Of a DNA stretch of 64,000 bases, positions 26,102-38,350 are shown in pieces. Each line of letters starts with the position of its first letter. The first letter of the stretch is position 1. Location: NCBI GenBank assembly GCA_035084275.1, contig CM068743.1:40734001-40798000 (forward strand), read 5' to 3'. Made by a program: the position numbers and the translations under genes. Origin of the DNA: Hydrolagus colliei. Taxonomy: Eukaryota. The notes below the pieces were generated by a model that ran no database searches, was not told where the DNA came from, and saw only the letters and a program-made list of their open reading frames with translations.

Positions 26102-26374
26102 AACGTGAAATAAAAATAGTTTGTGGTTTAAAGAACACCGACGTCTTTGCTGGTGGCTTGGCTACATTTGTCTGCGAGCTCTCGCACGAGGGCACGGAGA
26201 ACGTGCAGTGGTGGCTGGATGGCTCACGGCTTCACAATACCTACCTGAACCAAATATCCGTCCGAGATGCCAAAGTCCACACATTAATCTTAAACAACCT
26301 GGGACCAAATGACTCTGGCACTGTCACCTTTAAAGCTGGGGCTCTACACTCTGCAGCCAAGTTATTAGTGAAAG
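26102..26374 (+). CDS. OBSCN: Exon 21, Ig type B
   Basis: 273 bp, AG/GT. Confidence 0.92.
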
Positions 26375-26520
26375 GTATTGCCGTGTGTAAAAAAACAAAC
26401 AGGAGTTGTTTCAGTCCTTTCCTGTAGGGGAAGGGGGGCTATTTTCATTGAGCTGCTTTTCAATATTGGTGAATTGTAATGAATGGGATAGGGATTGTTT
26501 GGGAATTACAGAGACAGTTA

Positions 26521-26851
26521 GAATTACTCAGTGGTTAGAATTACTCAGTGGTTAGAGCACTCACCTGGCAAGCGAGAGGCCTGGGTTCGAATCCCGGCCT
26601 GGGCCGAAACCTTGGGCAAGTTTCCTTACCCCACATGCCTGATAATAATCCCTCAAGTGAAAAAAGAATAATAATTTGGTCACTGAAACCATGACTGTTT
26701 GTGGAGACACCACTGTATGCAATTGGCTGCTGCGTTTCGCCCACAAAATATAGTCAATTCACTTTACAGTATATTCTATGAAGCGCTTTGAGATGTCTAG
26801 AAGACGTGACAAGATGCTGTATCAAATTCTAGTATGATTATTATTATTATT
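26521..26851 (+). mobile_element. tRNA-headed SINE, full length
   Basis: GGTTCGAATCC B box; short duplication at the head; (ATT)n tail. Confidence 0.88.
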
Positions 26852-27912
26852 AAATCTGCAGCAAAATGATAGCAAATCTCTATTTACCAGTATGATTGGC
26901 GTGATTTGAGCAGCCTCTTCTCAGTGAAGGGATTAAAACAGGGCGCTCTAATGCTTGTTTTAAATACACGCTTTGGCACAGTGACTGAATAATCAATTAA
27001 AAGCCACGTTTAATACAGAAAATCCATTTTCTTTATATTCACAACATTTTGATAATCCATCGCTCCTCCTCATAAGATGAAACAGTCAAACACTCGTACC
27101 TTTATGAGATTTTGGTGTATGAAATTCCTTTCCTCTGGTGCAGCCAGGACTCCTGATATTAACACTGACCATGTCACAGTGTTTCAATTGTGCAGTGTTA
27201 CCTTGGCCTCACCTAACCAGCAAAATGTTTGTTTTTTTTAAAAACTCTACATTACTACATTTTATAAATAATATCAACTAGGTTTTCACCAAAGAATCTA
27301 AGACATATTGGAGTTGAAATGACATTGAGAAACCAGGAGAAGTATAATTTCAGTTCATAATTTCAGTTCGTTGATTGGTACATTATAATACACTCCTACA
27401 TTCCCTGCCTTGTGTACCTTAACCAGGTACCTTATTTTATGGGCAAAGGATTCCACGGTTTACTGTGAATGTAGTGTTGTTTCTCAAGCCACTGGCAATC
27501 AAAGTGTCATTGGAATACATAAAACCACAAAAGATCACTGTAAGCATTGGTATCGTGAGAGATAAGGTTGTGATACTCTTGAAAGCTCTACGAGTGGCTA
27601 CTCTAAGTGACTATATAAATGCGAGTTTTGGTCGGTACTGATCAATGATGTTAGTGGATCACAAGGGAGGAGGAAGAACAATTTATGCTATTTTTCCTGC
27701 TTAAATGGTTCATCGACATATTTCATGATATGGGGGGAAAATGAATCCAGCAAAACAACTTGTGGTTATAAAACACCTTCCGTTGAGGAAAGTGTCTCAA
27801 AGTGCTTCACAAGAGGCGGAATGGGGGCCCGAGCAGGGTGGGAGATGGGGGAAAGATGTCCAAAAGCCCAGGCCAAAGAGAAACTCACTGAGCCAAATAA
27901 TCTCCTTCAGTG

Positions 27913-28200
27913 GAGTCTGGTAGCTCAGCAGTTAGAACACTTACAAGGCGAGAGCCCTGTGCTCAATTCGGGCAGGTCAGGGAGAAATCTTGGGCAGGCT
28001 TCCTTACTCCACGTGCCTAATAATAATCCCTCAAAACAAAAATTGGCCATTTCAATCCACGACTGTTTATTGGACACTGCTGTGTGCAATTGGCTGCCAA
28101 ATTTTGCCCACAAATATACAGTCAATTCACTATACAGTATATTCTGTGAAGTGCCTTGAGACATCTAGAAACTATCAAATGCCAGTATTATTATTATTAT
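27913..28200 (+). mobile_element. tRNA-headed SINE
   Basis: Same family. Confidence 0.85.
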
Positions 28201-29623
28201 TTGAATGTTTGTATTCTCATCTAGCGTTATATGGCTATAAATTTTACTGTTGAGATTATAAATGTGAAGCCAAATCCATTCCCTGAAACATCAATGCCAA
28301 AGAATCATTCCTTATCTGAAGTCACAGTTATTGAAAGCGTTGAGAATCAAATGCAAAGTAACACAGGTTCAAAAAGTACCTTGGTTTAAAAAAAAATAGT
28401 TCTACATTCAAGATAAAGAAAATGGCTGTGGTTCACTTTCACACTCGTCCATATAACTACACCGGGCAGTGCAATGGATATTGTATCTCTTGCAATTAAT
28501 AGGCCGTGTGTGCATTTATTCCTGCATCTGCATGTGTTCAATCGCGAAACTGACTCATTTCCTTAGCATTAGCCATCACTCTCGCTTATAGATTTGAGTC
28601 ATTCACTATTCGCCATGCTTGCTTGGCAGAACTATGTCAGTATTGTAGTTTAGTTTGCAATTAATACAATAACACACTTGTCAAGCACTGCTATTAATGC
28701 AGTCATAGTTTTGTTTGCAAAATTGTGTGTTTTGTTTTGTGGGATGAAATTAGACTTGAAAATTAAATGCTGAAGTGATCAGTCAATTAAATGTTCAGGT
28801 TTTGCTGAATTAGAAGAGTCAGAAATATGAAAAGCATATGTTGCCTGTTGGTAAAGCAGCGTGATATGCAGTGCACAACGCTCATGGTAAAGATATCAGT
28901 TCATATAATACTGCCATAGTCCCTGATGGATAAGGTCACGTTTTCACTGTTGACAGGAGAAACAGGAGCAGTGTGTATTGGGGCTTTGCAGTTAATTGAT
29001 GGAGTTATCAAATATCTGCTCAGTAAGCAAGTGTTTGTTAATTACTAATCATTGCCAGAAAGCCCAGCTATATTGGTTTTGTGTCCACTTTGATCTGTCC
29101 AGTTTATTGTAGTTCTTGTGGTTTTCAAAAGAACTGCAGCAACAGGACCTAACAAACACATCTTTATATAAGGCAACATTGCACTATTTCTAACCAGATT
29201 CAGTTCCCTATTTCAGGGATAGCATTAAAATGTGTTTAGAATTTGCCCGACTTTCTAGCTGAATTTGATTTAGAATTTCACCTGCGAGTTTCACTAGAAT
29301 GATACCTGAGATGTAAAGGTTAAATTATGGGAATAGGTTGCACAAACTTGGTTGTATTCTCAGGGGATCAGAAGGTTAAGGGTTTTTCCAATTGAGGGAT
29401 TCAGTAGGGTAGAGGTAGAGAAACTGTCTACATGTTCGAGCTAGGGCTAGGCCATTGAGGAGTGAGAACAGGAAGCTTGCTTTTCCACCCAGATAATAGA
29501 ATGGATAACCTCCACTACTAATGTTGTGTGTGGTACCTCAATGATCCCACATTGCAAACTATTGTCAAAGAAGCAGAAAGTCTGTGCTGCTAATGCATGT
29601 CAATGTGACATATTGGTTGACAG

Positions 29624-29893
29624 ATCCAACAGTTGAGGTAGTGAGCGAAATGGAAGACCTGACTATAGAGGAACACGGCACAGCAGTTTTTATCTGCCAG
29701 TACTCCAGGCCAGTACAGGCTGTGTGGAGGAGAAATGGCCAAGAGATTCAGGCTGATTCAGGCCATCGGATCACTATTGAGCAGGACTGGAATGTGGCGA
29801 AACTGAAAATCAGTAACGTTATCCCTGAGGATGGAGGAAATTACACTTGCGAAGCTTCTGGAACAGTGGTTTCTGCTGTGCTCAGTGTTCCAG
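29624..29893 (+). CDS. OBSCN: Exon 22, Ig (270 bp, distinct type)
   Basis: AG/GT, phase 1-1; DPTVEVVSEMEDL...DGGNYTC. Confidence 0.88.
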
Positions 29894-30027
29894 GTGAGCC
29901 CCAGGATACTGTAACGTGGCTTTGCTTAAAGTATAAGGCAACCAGCAGACTTTCAATGTGACATGACCTTGAGGTGGACACTATTGTATTTACTCCCCTG
30001 CGGCTTGTTGTAATCCTTGGGACAAGC

Positions 30028-30450
30028 CATGAGCCAATCGCTGTGCACAATGGGCTGCCCCCTTTTGGCCCCCTTTTTGCCCACAACATATACACTCAAT
30101 TTGCTGGGCAGTATATATCCCTTGAAGCGCTTTGAGACATCTCAAAGATGTGATGAGGTGTTGTATGTGTGAGACCTGTGTTTCTAATCCAGGCAGGTCA
30201 AGGCGAAACTTTGGGCAAGTTTCCTTACTCCACACATCTAATAATAATCTGTCCAAAAATACAATAATAAATTGGTCATTTCAATCTACGACTTTTTGTG
30301 GGGACGCTGCTGTGCGCAATTGGCTGCCGCATTTCCCCCACAAATACACAGTCAATTCACTTTACAGTACAGTATATTCTGTGAAGCGCCTTGAGACGTC
30401 TAGAAGACATGAAAAGCACTATATCAAATGCGAGGATTATTATTATAATT
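30028..30450 (+). mobile_element. Two adjacent partial SINE copies
   Basis: Same family body and tail. Confidence 0.8.
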
Positions 30451-32050
30451 AGTTGATGAAATAATCGGGGACTTTTAACTGCCTGTCTATATTAAGCTTA
30501 ATAAAGAGACTTGTCAAGGCAACTGGCAGAACTGTAGAATTAACTGTTTTTCTCAGTTCCATTTCTGACTGATCTCTACCTCACAAACTGGATATTATGC
30601 AATATTATATCTTCCCCCCACCTCCCCGCTCCTCGTTTTATTTCAGTCTTTCAGTTTTAACGTATGTACAGCAATAATTATAGATTACAATTCATAACAG
30701 TTGTCAAGTGGGATTGTCAATCGCATGGGATTTGAGAGCCATTGGGTTTATGCTTCCCATGCACAGTTTACTCCAACTTATTTGAGGGAACGGCTATTTA
30801 AGAAGCTTATCTTAGTTGTTCTTATTCTCCACATCCACACTGTGATTTACATTCTATCCGGTCATACTGTTGTCTAAGGTAAACGATTCCCAAACTTCAG
30901 GTTGAATTGTTTTACGCAGTTTGGGGAATATGTGGCCTGATAATCCAACGAGTTAGTAACAGTAGATTCTGTTAATAAATTCAAGAGGGAATTAATTAGC
31001 CCAGCTATTTGGTGAAGAAATTGATTGATGAGTGTGAGATTTTAAGGAGTGTAATTCTTTTTAACTTTGCGATCAACCAGACTTTGTTCTGTGCCTGTTA
31101 ATGTTACTCAATATTTCAAAGCCTAGTATCATACCACAAGACGCCACATGTTTAAGGCACCGTAATTGCCAGCCTTGCAAGATCAGGTAATATCATGCTA
31201 ATATTGTGCTCTGCCTTGTGTGGCGATAGCTTTCTGTTGCCGGTCACTGTGTGAAGAGGAAGTAATGGATGTGTGTTGTCAATGGACCCCTTAGGAGACC
31301 TGAAACTTTAGAAACAGAGTAAAAGGGCAGTGTGATGTATTGCCCCTTTCCTAACTCTGATTGATTTTACTGATTTTCTATTTGCTGCAGAACTGGAAGG
31401 CACAAAGCGCTCAGTTCATTACAAATTTGAATTACTCACGCCTGCCTGCCCGACCACCCATCTGTGCTTGTCCTATTTGACGTATATTGTTAGAATTCCT
31501 CCCCAACCTCCTCAGCTCCTCCCCAACCCCCTCAGCTCCACCCCATCCACCCCGCAGCTCAGGTACCAAGACAGGATTAAGAGTATTGGGAATGTCCTCC
31601 CGTTGTGAAAAGTGTTACTTAAAATGTAAATTTATGCTTTGCATGTATTATATTGTTTATTCTCAACTGTTTCTTTCCTCTATTACCTGCACTGGCTCCC
31701 TGTCACAGAGTGGATTGACTTCAAGATCCTCATTCACTCTTGTGTTTAAATCCCTCCACTCCTCACACTCTCCACACCTCTCTAACCTCCTCTCTCCTCA
31801 CAGCAGTACCTGCTGCCCCCACTCTACTGGGTCTGGCCTCTTCCTTGTCCCCCCGAATCCTCGCTCCACCATCGACGGTCATGCCTTCACAATGTAAAAT
31901 ACTGGTGTATAGTTTGAAAAGACTCACTTTATTCTTACTTCCCAAAATCATCTCCCCATTAAGGGCAGATGAAAGGATTTGCAAGGTTTGCTTTTGCTTG
32001 ACATTTAATTTTGGAATTGAAGTCAGCCGCAGTGATCAAGTTGCAGAATA

Positions 32051-32348
32051 TGGTGAAGCCCCCATTATAACACGGTAATCAAAGATCATAAAATTCCAAT
32101 AGTAGTTATAACAGAGCTATGATAGCTGCTTTCCCTGCACATGCTTACATTAGGTCACTGCAGCATTCAGGAGTAATCTCAGCGGTGACCCAATGACCCA
32201 GAGGTTGCCACCTTTAGAGCAGGAACTGGCTGGCATATATGAAGCAGCCAGCTGACTGTCTCTATGCTCTACGAATGGGATCCATATATCAATCGTATTA
32301 AAAGTGAACCTGTATTATAATGAACACTGTTACAATGGGATTCTACTG
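32051..32348. mobile_element. Tigger-like MITE
   Basis: TA-TGGTGAAGCCCCCATTATAACA...TGTTACAATGGGATTCTACTG-TA. Confidence 0.55.
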
Positions 32349-33204
32349 TATGAGTTGGAGATAACTAGGAATTGTCATAATTAATGGAGAAATCTTTGCA
32401 AATAGCACCTACTGTGGCAATGACCATGACTATAATTAAAAGTCAGCAACCGATGAGGTTAATATCTGACAGGAAGGACTGCCATCATCATTACACATGT
32501 AACCAGCGGGAAAGAATATTAATGCAAAATGAAGTTGCTTGCAGAGCATAAAGACAGTAAAATACCTGTTGCAAATATATATTTGCAAAACAATGCAGGT
32601 GAGAATATGAGTTCCTTCAGAATATTGACCCTCTTCAGTTTATGTCTCTGGGATTAAAGTCGGAAACAGTTTCCAGGTCAATAACTGTTCCCCTCTGGCC
32701 TCAAATCTGTTCCTCGATGGGAAGTGAGAGACCATGTGGACAGTTGAGTGAGGGATCAGATCTTAACGGTGCTATGGTGTCTCCATATGGTCATTAATCT
32801 GCCACCACTCACTCACTGCTATAGTAATTGTCAATTGTGTCACACATCAGAGGGTGACTGGAACCTGAGGCTCTGGAACTCCCTCCCTCAACCCACTCGC
32901 CTCACCCCCACTCCTTCCCGATTTTCAGGTCGCGCCTGAAAACCTTTCTCTTTGACTGTGCTTACAGTCACCATCACCCTCCCACTGGCTCGGCCTCAGG
33001 CTCAGCTATAGTGATGCACTCTGAGACGCTGCCTGGCGTGGAGGGAGGGCAATATATAAACACAAGTTGCTACTACTGTTGTTGTTATCTGTATTGCTTC
33101 TTTGCTAGAGTTCAACCAATATGTTAACAGGTAATGTTTATGAGCCAAATGCACAACTGATCAATGCCCTCTTTCAGTGAAAATCATCCAAATTATGTTG
33201 CAGT

Positions 33205-33565
33205 GTTCTGTGGTGTATTGGTTAGAACACTCGCCTGGCAAGCGAGAGGACTCAGGTTCAATTCCAGGGTGGGACGAAACATTAGGCAAGATTCCTTACT
33301 CTACATGCCTCTGTTTATCTAACAGTAACTAGGAATCCAGTTATTAATTGATTGGCAGATTGCTTTACTCGGTGTAATAATCCTTTTTTTTTTTAATGTG
33401 GTCACTCAACCCATGACTGTTTGTGGGACACTGCTGTGTGCAATTGGCCTTTGTGTTTCTTCCACAAAACACATAGTCAATTCACTTTACAGTATATTCT
33501 GTGAAGTGCTTTGAGACATCTTGCAGGAACAATAAGGCGCTGTATCAAAAGCAAGGATTATTATT
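33205..33565 (+). mobile_element. tRNA-headed SINE with extra internal module
   Basis: Contains TCTGTTTATCTAACAGTAACTAGGAATCC...GATTGGCAGATTGCTTT. Confidence 0.82.
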
Positions 33566-33704
33566 TTTGTTATATATTTACAAACCACTTTACAATACAC
33601 TCTGAAGTGCTTTGAGACATCTCAATGATGAGAGAAGGCGTTATAACAAATGCAAGGCTTATTAATATTATTACTATTGTAAGTAATCTTTCCTTCTTTA
33701 GCAG

Positions 33705-33977
33705 AGCGCTCTGACATTGTTGAAGGTTTACAGAATGTGGACACCACAGAAGGGGGCGAAGCTTTGTTTGAATGCCGCTTATCCCGACCAGAGCTACACG
33801 ACTACAAGTGGCTGTTGGATGATGCTCCCATTTCACAGTCGGAAAACATAGAAATGGCCACCTTCGAAGGTGGACAAAGACATATGTTGCTTTTGAAGAA
33901 CCTGACTCCGCTGGACAGCTGTATTGTGACCTTTGTGGCTGGAAACACAATGTCGTCGGCATATCTGAATGTTAAAG
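33705..33977 (+). CDS. OBSCN: Exon 23, Ig
   Basis: 273 bp; EGGEALFECRLS...DSCIVTF; alternative acceptor 3 nt upstream. Confidence 0.9.
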
Positions 33978-34829
33978 GTAAAACAAAATCACAACCAAAG
34001 AGAATTCTGTTACCAGGAGCCTGCATTAGATTATTCCATGTCACACATACCAGTTGTGCGTTATTGAATAATCTAAGATTCAGAACACTAATCTTTTTAT
34101 GTGATTATGATATTTCTGCATCACCAACATACCAGAATCGAATTGTTTGAATTAAACTTACATCTCAGTCTAATATGCTCACTGAGGGTTTATCAGAGGA
34201 TTATTGAACAGCTCAGAAATAGGTCATTTAGCCCATCAAGTCGGCACTGGCTTTCTGAGTAAACCTTACATTCAATCCCCGCTTTAATCCCTTATCTCTT
34301 TAAGCTTTTTATTTAGCACTTGCCTCTTTTCTTTTAAAACAGTCACTTATACGTATGTACTTCATTCATACATCATCCCTTTTATAAACGCTTCTCCAAG
34401 AAATAGGTACATTAGAAATCTTAACATGTGTTGGTAGCTTTTGTTCCAGACATACAGGAAAGAGCCTTAGATGATACAACAGAGGCGGTAAACACATGGG
34501 AAGCCAAGGAAGAAGTGTGTATTTGCTCCATATAAAGCAGTCTTGGTTCATGTTTCTTTCTTGTCCAAATTTATTTCAATATTTCTGACACATTAGCTGC
34601 TCATGTATCTTGGGCGCCATTGCGTGAAAATATTTTTTTTGTTTGAAAGAAGGAATTGCCACCATCAATCACAAGTGATCACTGTGTTAAGTCAGAGAAT
34701 AATCTTTTGCTCTTATGCATTTTAGTGATTATGGACCTAAACTGTGGGCTCAATATTAAGAAAATTAGATGGAAAAAACATGCTGGTTGATGTTATCTTC
34801 CAGCCATGTTGTTGTGTTGTCGGTCGAGC

Positions 34830-34970
34830 TCAGTTGGTAGCACTCTTGCCTCTGAATCAGGTTTGGGTGTTCAAACCCCACATTGGAACCTTGAACTTGT
34901 ATTTTTGGCTGACATTTCAGTTCAGTGCTGGGGGATGTGCTGACTTTTTGGATGAGATGTTAAAGTTAAT
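34830..34970 (+). mobile_element. Old Deu-domain SINE remnant (SacSINE1/AmnSINE1-like)
   Basis: AGCTCAGTTGGTAGCACTCTTGCCTCTGA...TTTTTGGATGAGATGTTAAA; family name from memory. Confidence 0.6.
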
Positions 34971-35505
34971 AGGTTTCCAAACTTAGACTGAATTTGAGAA
35001 TCGTTTTTCCAAGTTCTGGAAGAACTTTGATTTATGGCTCTGCTTTTAATATCATGAGATACATTGGGACCTCAAATATCTAGAAACATAATAAAACTGC
35101 ACTCTGCCGTTTTGTTAGAGCACTCACTTCACACCAAGTGGACCTGGGTTCGATTGTTAGTTGATTGACAAATTGCTTTTCTGGGGGTAATAACTCCTTA
35201 CAAAATAATAATAATTTAGTCACTCAACCAAAGACTGTTTGTGGGGACACTGCTGTGTTCAATTGGCAGCCACGTTTTGCCCACAAAATATAGTAAATTG
35301 AGACGTCTCGAAGACATGATAAGCCACTATTTCAAATAGAAGTATTATTATTGTTTTGCATTAATTTCTCGAGCAGTCAGTAATACACAAAAAGCCGAGG
35401 CAACTCGGAAGACGTGATAAAGCGCTGTATCAAATGCAAGGATTATTGTGCTCACCGCGATCGAGGAGAAAACACTGCAATATGATGTATATTTGTTCTG
35501 CCTAG

Positions 35506-35778
35506 GTTGGCATATTGACGTATTGGAGCCCATGAGAGATGTTGAAGTGGTGCAGGCAGACAGTGCTGAATTTGAGTGTGTGTTAAACGAAACAATCCCC
35601 GTGTCTGAAGTAAGCTGGTATCTGAATGGAGTTGAAATCCATCCAGATGAACACTGGGAGAAAAAGGCAGAGAAAAGCACTCACAGGCTCATTCTGACCC
35701 ACGCACTAGCTCGTCATTCCGGGGAAATCACTTTGGCCTGCAGGGATGCCATTACTGCAGCCAAATTATCAGTTATTG
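35506..35778 (+). CDS. OBSCN: Exon 24, Ig
   Basis: 273 bp, AG/GT; GWHIDVLEP...ACRDA. Confidence 0.92.
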
Positions 35779-35934
35779 GTAAGACGTTAGATCTTTACAT
35801 CCTGCGAGCTTTGTTTGGCTTTATGTCTGCTGAGCTGCACCACTGCCCTGTCTGTGTCGTAACCCACCATGCTTGTTGGATAAGAGTTGTCGTTTTGAGT
35901 TTTTTTTCTCTCTCTCTCTCTCTCTCTCTGTGGA

Positions 35935-36530
35935 CTTCCCAACTCTTCCATCTACAAGCTCCAGATTATTCAGAACTCTGCAGCTTGTGTTCTCTCCTGC
36001 CTCACCTCACCCAGCTCCACTGGTCCGCTGTCTCCTCGAGGATTGAGTTTAAGATCCTTCTTCTCACTATTAAAGCCCTCTAAGCTCTTGTCCCTCCCAA
36101 CCTCTCCAACCTACTTCAGCTTTACCTATCTGGCCTCTCTCTCTCTCTCTCTCTCTCTGCTGGACTGCTCTGCATTCCCCCCGACATGCCTGCTCCACCA
36201 TTGGCGGTCGGGCCTCCAGCCTCCCTGCCCCCACCCTTTGGAACTCTGTCTCACAGTGCCTTCATCTCGTCCCCCCGTTGCCTCCTTCCAGGGGCATCTC
36301 AAGACCTTTGTCTTTGACTATGCTTTCTGTCACCACCCCACCCTACCCTACCCCACCTTATCCCACCCTACCTCACCCCACCCCACCTCACCCCACCCTA
36401 CCCTGCCCACCCCATTTGTCGTCTCCACCCCTCTTGTTTTCAACCCCCAGTTCAGGTTCTAACCTTTGACTGCCCAGCACCTCCTGATGTGAAAGGTACG
36501 ATATAGATGCAAATTATTGCCTGGGTGATG
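35935..36530 (+). mobile_element. L2 LINE 3' fragment
   Basis: LHWSAVSSRIEFKILLL; GTGAAAGG..ATATAGATG tail. Confidence 0.8.
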
Positions 36531-37374
36531 TTGAGCTCAATCTGTCAGGGAGTTGTGGTTTCTCTGCAGGAGCATCAGCTTTCAGTAATAGGTAGAGATA
36601 TCTACAGTTTGTCATGTGAAAATACAGAAGAGACTGTTGTTGCCCTTATTGCCTGGTTGGAATAAAATACACCTTTATATTCCTAAATCACTTCACTTCC
36701 AAAAAACCTATTCAGTTCCCTCTTAAATTACCAACACAGTTCAACTTCATCTGTCTCCCGGGCTGTTCCCTATCTAAGTTCTCACTACACTGCTGTTGAG
36801 TATGCTGCGGAGATGCCGTCCGGGGTGGAGGGCACTATATAAATCAAAGTTGTTGTTGAGTAGTTCCTTATTGTACAATGTGTTCTTCTGCCTTGTTGTC
36901 TGTTGGCTCATCATATATTTGCAGTGCTTGATGTGCTTGGGAAAGTTACCCGCTTGGCCACTCCTGTCCTTGGCAAGGCTGCATGGAAACAAATGTCTAT
37001 CAGAGAAAAGGCTAGTGTTATTCTGTAAGCACAGACTTCACTAAATTATGCCATTGCATTCATATAAAGCCAACATATTATAGTCATTGTATTTAAACAG
37101 TGGTCAGACTGTACATTAAGTGTGACATCCTCCTGATGTGAAAGGCGCTATACAAGTGTAATTTTGTTGTTGCTGTTGTTGTTGCGATGTATAATTGTGA
37201 CAGAAGAAAGCAATGAGGCTGATCCCCAGGGTTAGAGGAATGAGCTATGAGGAATGATTAGATAAACCAAAGCTATTTAGTCTTGGAAATAGCTGTCATG
37301 GGACTTAATAGAGGTACTGGTATATATGATTATTAATATTAACATGGATTGGCCGATCGTTTTTTTTTGGTAAC

Positions 37375-37705
37375 AATAACAACAACATTACACTTGGATA
37401 GCACTTTCATATCAGGAGGGCGTCCCAAGGTGCTGGACAGTCATTGTTTCAGACTCGAGCTGGGGTCGGGGATGGGGAGGGAGGAGGGAAAGGAGGGGAT
37501 TGGGGTAACCGATGGGACTGTCGAAGTGGAGAGTCTTGAGGCGGGACTTGAAGGAGGCCAGGGAGGGGGCGAGGTGGAGGGACTGCGCGATGGAGTTCCG
37601 AGGTTTGGGGCAGAATGGCTAAAGGCTCGCCTGCCAATGGTGGGGTGGGTGGGTCGGGGGACTTGGAGCAGGCCAGAGCCTGCTGAGAGGAGGGAGTGAG
37701 CAGGT
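37375..37705 (-). mobile_element. L2 LINE 3' fragment
   Basis: Reverse complement of the L2 3' end with (TTG)n tail. Confidence 0.8.
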
Positions 37706-38059
37706 TGGTAGGGTAATCACAGTACTTTTTGTGAAGCACTTTGAGACATGTCAATGATGTGATATGTACAGTTTATTATTATGATATCATTATGTTTGCA
37801 TTTGATTGAGTGTAAAACCTGAGCCAGTACCTGAGATACACTAAATTAGCAATACAATGTGTCCCAGGGTCAGAGAGCGTGAAGGAGAAATTTGTGACTG
37901 GCACGAGGAAGCCTGTTAGATTGTTCTGACGTAGGGAATAATAAACAACTGGAACTGGTAACCAGAAAGAGTGGCAGCAGGAGGGTGAAACGTTAGTAAT
38001 TTGGACACATTTGTGTTTGATATCGTATCTTAATAATTTTAACTCTGCACCTCTCCCAG

Positions 38060-38350
38060 GTCTCCCTGATCCTCCTGAAGATCCAGAAGTTCTTAGCACG
38101 ACGAGCGAGTCTATAACACTGTCTTGGTTTACGCCACTGAGCGACGGTGGCTGTAGTTTGCTAGGCTACAGCGTTGAGATGAAGTCTGCTGACAGCGACC
38201 ACTGGTTGCCGTGTAACACCGATGCGGTCGAGGACACAGAGCTGACTGTTGATAATCTGGTGCCAGGCAGGGGTTACAGATTCCGCATCTCGGCTCTGAC
38301 CAGGGCTGGAGCTGGCGAACCTGTTCACTTACCGCAGACAGTTTGGTTGG
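38060..38350 (+). CDS. OBSCN: Exon 25, fibronectin type III
   Basis: 291 bp; LPDPPED...LSW...YRFR...EPVHLPQTV. Confidence 0.93.

Noticed and set aside
972-26374. Titin, obscurin-like 1, or immune Ig genes
   Set aside because: Downstream IQ, SH3, DH and PH with obscurin-specific peptides identify OBSCN; I saw no V-type domains or RSS signals.
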